From: Ignavibacteria bacterium
Lineage (GTDB): Bacteria; Elusimicrobiota; Endomicrobiia; PHAN01
NCBI GenBank assembly: GCA_041694835.1
Contig: JBGFRZ010000078.1
Span: 1 to 11,121 of the forward strand
Reading direction: 5' to 3'
DNA length: 11,121 nucleotides
The position numbers and the translations under genes are program-made. Every line of letters starts with the position of its first letter. Within the stretch, counting starts at the first letter, position 1. Under the pieces are notes generated by a model. That model was not told the origin of the DNA, did no database searches, and saw nothing but the letters and a program-made list of their open reading frames with translations. Shown here piece by piece: positions 7,384 to 11,121 of the stretch.

Positions 7384-8748
7384 ATGAACGACTCCTGGGA
7401 TTGGATACAATCCGAACTAAAAAAACTCGAGGAAGAGCTGCCGTCGGACTCACAAATGCTTGAAGTTGTCGACGCTATAAGCGTGGCGGACTTCTGGAAA
7501 AGGCGATACGACGAAGAAAGGCTCCTCTGGGAGAGAAAAATCCAACTTAAGGAAGATGAAAAATCCCAGTTGAAGGAAAAAACACAGACGCACGAATTGG
7601 CACTAAAAGAACTCGACTGGAAACTCAAAGAGCTCGACCGTCGATGGCATCAAGAAAAACTCCTGTTGGAAGACCGCATAAAAACGAAAGAACTCGAGGC
7701 CGAGAGGCAGAAAGACAAACTTCAGTGGGAAACGAGGCTAAAAATCCTTGAAGAAGAAAACAAAAATCTCAAGACAAAACTCTCCGGTATAACGGGCGTG
7801 CCTTTTGTTGCTGGCGAAGCCGCAACCCTTGAAATATCGTCTCACGAAAAAGATGTAAGCGACGCCAAAGTGCAGGAACTCAAGGAGCGATTGAAAATTT
7901 CCGAAGAGGAGCGCAAACATTCGCTCGGAAAATTGGATGAAGAAAAAAACTCGCTCCTCAGACAACTTGCCGAAAGGGAAAAATCATTCGTCGAAGAAAA
8001 ATCTCAGTGGGAAAAGCTTGAGAAAGATGTCACCTCAATAAACCAGCAGATGACCGAACGGCTGAAACTTCTGCATGAAAGGGAACAGGACCATTTCACG
8101 GTTCTCGAGGATTTGGCGCGCGGCTTCGCGCACAGGGTTAGAAATTATCTCGGAATAATTTCGGGAACAGTCCAACTTTGCATCGCAAACTACAAGATGG
8201 AGGAAGAGCTCAAAAACCAGCTCGGCCTTGTCGATCAGAATGTCGCAGACATGCTTAAGTCCATAGAAGAGTTTCTATCTCTTGCCAGAATTCCACAGAT
8301 GAATTTACAAAAGCTTTCCATTGAACAGGTTGTGGAAAAACTCCTTTTGAATCTGGATGATAAATTCAAAACGGCCAGAATCACGGTAGAAAAAAATCTC
8401 TCGCAGACACATCCTCTCGAAATAGACGAAAAACTCCTATCTGACGCTATCTCCAACATACTAAACAACTCAATCGAGGCTATGGGAGGCGGCGGAACAA
8501 TCGTAGTATCAACTGAGTATCTCCCACAAAAATCTAATATAACGCTCAAAATATCCGACACCGGTGCCGGAATATCTGAAATACAACTCAAAAAGATATT
8601 CCAGCCATACTTCACCACAAAGAAAAATAAAAAGGGGCTGGGTCTGACCGCCGCAAAAAGAATCGCCGATCTTCACGGAGCAAAACTCTCGGTTGAAAGT
8701 GAAAAATCAAAAGGAACAACCGTTACTATGAACTTTATGGTGAAATAG
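7384..8748 (+). CDS. Soluble histidine kinase-like protein (long N-terminal coiled coil, HisKA, HATPase_c)
   Basis: E/K/L-rich coiled coil of ~240 aa with no TM segment. H-box-like LARGFAHRVRNYLGIISG, N box SNILNNSIEAM, G1 ISDTGAGI, F box IFQPYFTTK, G2 GLGLTAAKRI. Confidence 0.9.
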   Translation: MNDSWDWIQSELKKLEEELPSDSQMLEVVDAISVADFWKRRYDEERLLWERKIQLKEDEKSQLKEKTQTHELALKELDWKLKELDRRWHQEKLLLEDRIKTKELEAERQKDKLQWETRLKILEEENKNLKTKLSGITGVPFVAGEAATLEISSHEKDVSDAKVQELKERLKISEEERKHSLGKLDEEKNSLLRQLAEREKSFVEEKSQWEKLEKDVTSINQQMTERLKLLHEREQDHFTVLEDLARGFAHRVRNYLGIISGTVQLCIANYKMEEELKNQLGLVDQNVADMLKSIEEFLSLARIPQMNLQKLSIEQVVEKLLLNLDDKFKTARITVEKNLSQTHPLEIDEKLLSDAISNILNNSIEAMGGGGTIVVSTEYLPQKSNITLKISDTGAGISEIQLKKIFQPYFTTKKNKKGLGLTAAKRIADLHGAKLSVESEKSKGTTVTMNFMVK

Positions 8749-9291
8749 ATGACTGCATTCCGCAACATTGTCAAAATAAGCGCTCCAATCGATGAAAAAA
8801 AACTTTCGAAACTTAAATGCTCGGACGCTGTGGCGATGACGGGGACGATATATACAATAAGGGACATGTCGCTAAAAAAATTAAGAACTCAAAAAAAAGC
8901 GGTTTTAAACTTTAAAAACGCCGCGGTATATTTCTGCGCCCCGACGGATTCAAAAAAACCGGGTATACCCATCGGAGCATTCGGTCCTACGACAACCGCA
9001 AGGATGGAAAGCGGCATACCTTTCCTTTTAGGTGCCGGCGCGAAGACCATTATCGGCAAGGGTCCGATATCGGAAGGATTAAAAAGACTTTTTTCGAAAA
9101 ATAACTGCGTTTATCTTTTGGCGACGGGTGGATGCGGGGCATACTACTCGAAATTCGCGAAGTCCTCAAAAATAATTCTCTTCCCGGAACTCGGGCCGGA
9201 AGCCGTGCGGGTTGTCGAGGTAAAAGATTTTCCTCTCGTTGTAGCTGTCGATTTGAAAGGAAAAAATATTTTTCATGCTTCTAACAATTGA
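8749..9291 (+). CDS. Fe-S hydro-lyase beta subunit (class I fumarate hydratase C-terminal domain / TtdB family)
   Basis: Motifs GTIYTIRD, GPTTTARM, IIGKG, GGCGA, ELGPEAVRVVEVKDFPLVVAVDLKG. 180 aa. The ATG directly follows the upstream TAG. Confidence 0.92.
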   Translation: MTAFRNIVKISAPIDEKKLSKLKCSDAVAMTGTIYTIRDMSLKKLRTQKKAVLNFKNAAVYFCAPTDSKKPGIPIGAFGPTTTARMESGIPFLLGAGAKTIIGKGPISEGLKRLFSKNNCVYLLATGGCGAYYSKFAKSSKIILFPELGPEAVRVVEVKDFPLVVAVDLKGKNIFHASNN

Positions 9292-10111
9292 TATTGGTAA
9301 TACAAACATAACTTTCGGCATATTCAAAATGGAGGGCGGCAAAGCCTCAAAATCTCCGCTTCAGATGTGGAGGATGGCAACTAATTCGAACCAAACCTCC
9401 GACGAATATGGAACAAAAATGCTCGATTTCCTGCATTATGCTCTTTTAAACAAGGAAGATTTGACCGGCGTAATTGTGGCAAGCGTCGTGCCCGCTTTAA
9501 ACTCGACGATTCGAAACGCATGTTCTTCTTATCTGAAAAAATCTCCCATTATAGTAGAAAATGAAAGATTCTACGGGACAAAGTTGAAGATAAATGTTGA
9601 AAATCCGTCAGAAGTAGGTGCCGACAGGATTGTCAATTCTCTGGCTGCGATTGAATTTTTCGGCGGACCTGTTATAGTGATAGACTTCGGAACGGCGCTG
9701 ACATTCGACTGCATCAATGTCAAAAACGAGTATATCGGCGGGGTGATAATGCCAGGCCCGGCGATCAACATCAACGCTCTATCCAATAATACCGCTAAAC
9801 TCCCTCGGGTAGAGCTTAAAAAAACAAAAAAGGTGATAGGAAGAAACACTGTGGAGTGCATACAATCAGGCGTCTATTTCGGATATATCGGTTCGATTAA
9901 AAAGATGATAAAAGATATTAAAAAAGAGCTCGGCGCAAGGACAAAGGTTGTCGCCACCGGAGGGCTTGCTTCGGTTTTTGCCGAAGATTTAAAAGAGATA
10001 AAATCCATAATGCCGGAGCTCACGCTTGAAGGATTAAGAATACTCTGGAACACCGTTCTAGAACACAAGAGCACAAGAGCACAAGGCACAAGAGCACAAG
10101 TTTTGACTTAA
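9275..10111 (+). CDS. coaX: Type III pantothenate kinase
   Basis: Motifs DIGNTN, SVVP, GADRIVN, DFGTALTFD, GGVIMPG, GRNTVECIQSG, TGGLA, LTLEGL. Overlaps the upstream gene by 17 nt. Confidence 0.96.
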   Translation: MLLTIDIGNTNITFGIFKMEGGKASKSPLQMWRMATNSNQTSDEYGTKMLDFLHYALLNKEDLTGVIVASVVPALNSTIRNACSSYLKKSPIIVENERFYGTKLKINVENPSEVGADRIVNSLAAIEFFGGPVIVIDFGTALTFDCINVKNEYIGGVIMPGPAININALSNNTAKLPRVELKKTKKVIGRNTVECIQSGVYFGYIGSIKKMIKDIKKELGARTKVVATGGLASVFAEDLKEIKSIMPELTLEGLRILWNTVLEHKSTRAQGTRAQVLT

Positions 10112-10170
10112 GCACTTAAGCACTTATGCACTTATGCACTTATGCACTTATGCACTTATGCACTTGTGCA
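10062..10170. repeat. Quasi-palindromic octamer tandem array
   Basis: AGCACAAG-type x5 (10062-10100, one unit missing a base), TTTTGA, then CTTAAGCA x2, CTTATGCA x5 and CTTGTGCA (10107-10170). The reverse complement of AGCACAAG is CTTGTGCT. Confidence 0.95.
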
Positions 10171-10180
10171 CTACTATATC

Positions 10181-10186
10181 AGGAGG
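10181..10186 (+). promoter_or_regulatory. Shine-Dalgarno sequence
   Basis: AGGAGG 4 nt upstream of the ATG at 10191. Confidence 0.85.
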
Positions 10187-10190
10187 GTTT

Positions 10191-10934
10191 ATGAAAAAGT
10201 TGTCTGTATTTGCCTTGTTATTGATTTTCTCAACCGCAAACGCCGGGATGTTCGATGAATTTAAAAAACGATTGTCGGGGGTGGCCGACGATGTCGTTCA
10301 GAAAAGACTTGACGCCCTTTGCGAGGACGTCGGGGCGGTTATGGTTATGACAGGATTCCATCAGGCAGGGAATCTTGCCGGCACACTGCCCGGCTTTGAC
10401 ATCGGCCTCCATGCCGGATACAAAAAGACGTCTGATAAAAACGATATAATCAAGGCGGTGGGAATAGACGCCCTTCTGCTTCCCGTCTTGCAGGCAGAGC
10501 TCGGCATACCTTACATAAACACGGATTTAATACTGCGATATACCAGCTATGAAAACTCTTCTCTTCTTGGAGGGGGCGCAAGATATGGTCTACTCAAAAC
10601 CATACCTTTTGATCTGACTTTTCTGATAATATACAACAAACTCAATGTCTCGGCGGGTGAAAATAAATTCACCGCGACGTCAATGACGGGAAGCGTCGGA
10701 CTCAACATCAACATGCCGGTTATTTCACCCTATCTGGCTTTAAGCGTAGATTCAGCCGAGATAGAGCCAGACTCCTCAATCACGACGAAAAAAAGCAAGA
10801 CAACACTAACAAGACTTGATACTGGAATGAATGTGAGTCTTATGCCTTTCACATATCTAAACGTCGGAGCATCTTACCTCATTTCTTCTGAAGCGGGTCT
10901 GGGTTTCAGAACAGGTATTGGCGTAAAATTTTAG
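10191..10934 (+). CDS. Secreted probable outer-membrane beta-barrel protein (possibly DUF6588-like), 247 aa
   Basis: AGGAGG RBS, signal peptide MKKLSVFALLLIFSTANA|G, amphipathic beta strands and a C-terminal aromatic BAM-type ending (RTGIGVKF). The family assignment is tentative. Confidence 0.75.
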   Translation: MKKLSVFALLLIFSTANAGMFDEFKKRLSGVADDVVQKRLDALCEDVGAVMVMTGFHQAGNLAGTLPGFDIGLHAGYKKTSDKNDIIKAVGIDALLLPVLQAELGIPYINTDLILRYTSYENSSLLGGGARYGLLKTIPFDLTFLIIYNKLNVSAGENKFTATSMTGSVGLNINMPVISPYLALSVDSAEIEPDSSITTKKSKTTLTRLDTGMNVSLMPFTYLNVGASYLISSEAGLGFRTGIGVKF

Positions 10935-10939
10935 TTTTT

Positions 10940-10985
10940 TGTATAGCGGAACTCTCGTCGCTTCACAAGCTATACATTTAATTTT
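10940..10985 (+). terminator. Possible weak intrinsic terminator or operator
   Basis: TGTATAGC (10940-10947) and GCTATACA (10969-10976) form a perfect 8-bp inverted repeat followed by TTTAATTTT. The 21-nt loop is large for a terminator. Confidence 0.35.
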
Positions 10986-11011
10986 GCCAACTTTGAATTT
11001 TTTTGTATAAT
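10984..11011 (+). promoter_or_regulatory. Outward-facing sigma70 promoter P1 (right)
   Basis: TTGCCA (10984-10989), 16-nt spacer, TATAAT (11006-11011). Confidence 0.7.
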
Positions 11012-11012
11012 G

Positions 11013-11046
11013 AGAGCGTTGAAAAACCCTCTTTAGTTCTTTGAAA
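11013..11046 (+). promoter_or_regulatory. boxB-like GAAA hairpin followed by boxA-like motif (mirrored at 81-114 on the minus strand)
   Basis: AGAGCGTT-GAAA-AACCCTCT (11013-11032, 7 of 8 pairs) then GTTCTTTGAAA (11036-11046), directly downstream of P1. Confidence 0.5.
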
Positions 11047-11079
11047 TAATTCTCGTCGGTAAATCCGACGATAAAACAT

Positions 11080-11108
11080 TTGCATTTTCTCTCCGGAATT
11101 GCTATAAT
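11080..11108 (+). promoter_or_regulatory. Outward-facing sigma70 promoter P2 (right copy)
   Basis: TTGCAT (11080-11085), 17-nt spacer, TATAAT (11103-11108), extended -10 TG. Confidence 0.75.
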
Positions 11109-11121
11109 ATTTCTGACGAAA

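Larger units (their letters stand above)
11009..11121 (+). repeat. Right copy of the 113-bp inverted repeat
   Basis: Exact reverse complement of 6-118. Runs to the window end. Confidence 0.98.

Noticed and set aside
1666-9861. Short alternative-frame and antisense ORFs in the track (e.g. 1666-2082, 2623-2994, 6691-7041, 8235-8618, 9571-9861)
   Set aside because: All are nested in well-supported + strand genes and have no motifs of their own.
5171-10170. Tandem arrays as CRISPR arrays
   Set aside because: The units are 7-8 nt and contiguous, with no unique spacers and no cas genes.
10134-10190. Longer start for the last ORF (MHLCTYALMHLC...)
   Set aside because: These ATGs come from the CTTATGCA repeat. 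The AGGAGG RBS and signal peptide support 10191.
6-11121. Calling the block a transposon or linear replicon with terminal inverted repeats
   Set aside because: No transposase, integrase or replication gene is present, the cargo includes housekeeping coaX, and target-site duplications cannot be seen. It is reported only as an inverted repeat.
11009-11121. Calling an rRNA or tRNA gene at the ends
   Set aside because: Only leader-like signals are present. No mature rRNA or tRNA sequence lies inside the window.

Overview
Bacterial window with six co-oriented + strand genes. (1) A ~1,640-aa secreted multi-FN3/Ig-like surface protein with a C-terminal FlgD_ig / T9SS type-B-like sorting domain. (2) A PorP/SprF (PorV/PorQ-like) beta-barrel fused to a coiled coil and two LysM domains. 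(3) A soluble coiled-coil histidine kinase with an atypical H-box. (4) A Fe-S hydro-lyase (class I fumarase/tartrate dehydratase) beta subunit. (5) Type III pantothenate kinase (coaX). (6) A small outer-membrane beta-barrel protein. The protein styles suggest a diderm such as Elusimicrobiota (inference only). The non-coding structure is the most unusual part. The window is bracketed by a perfect 113-bp inverted repeat (6-118 / 11009-11121). Its identity begins inside the -10 box of two otherwise different outward-facing sigma70 promoters, and it carries a GAAA hairpin, a boxA-like motif, a palindrome and a second promoter. Three gene junctions carry quasi-palindromic 7-mer/8-mer tandem arrays with a purine-rich arm followed by a pyrimidine-rich arm. 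One of these arrays (35 heptamers) appears to be translated in frame as the signal peptide of the barrel-LysM gene. No tRNA, rRNA, CRISPR, transposase or recombinase is visible.
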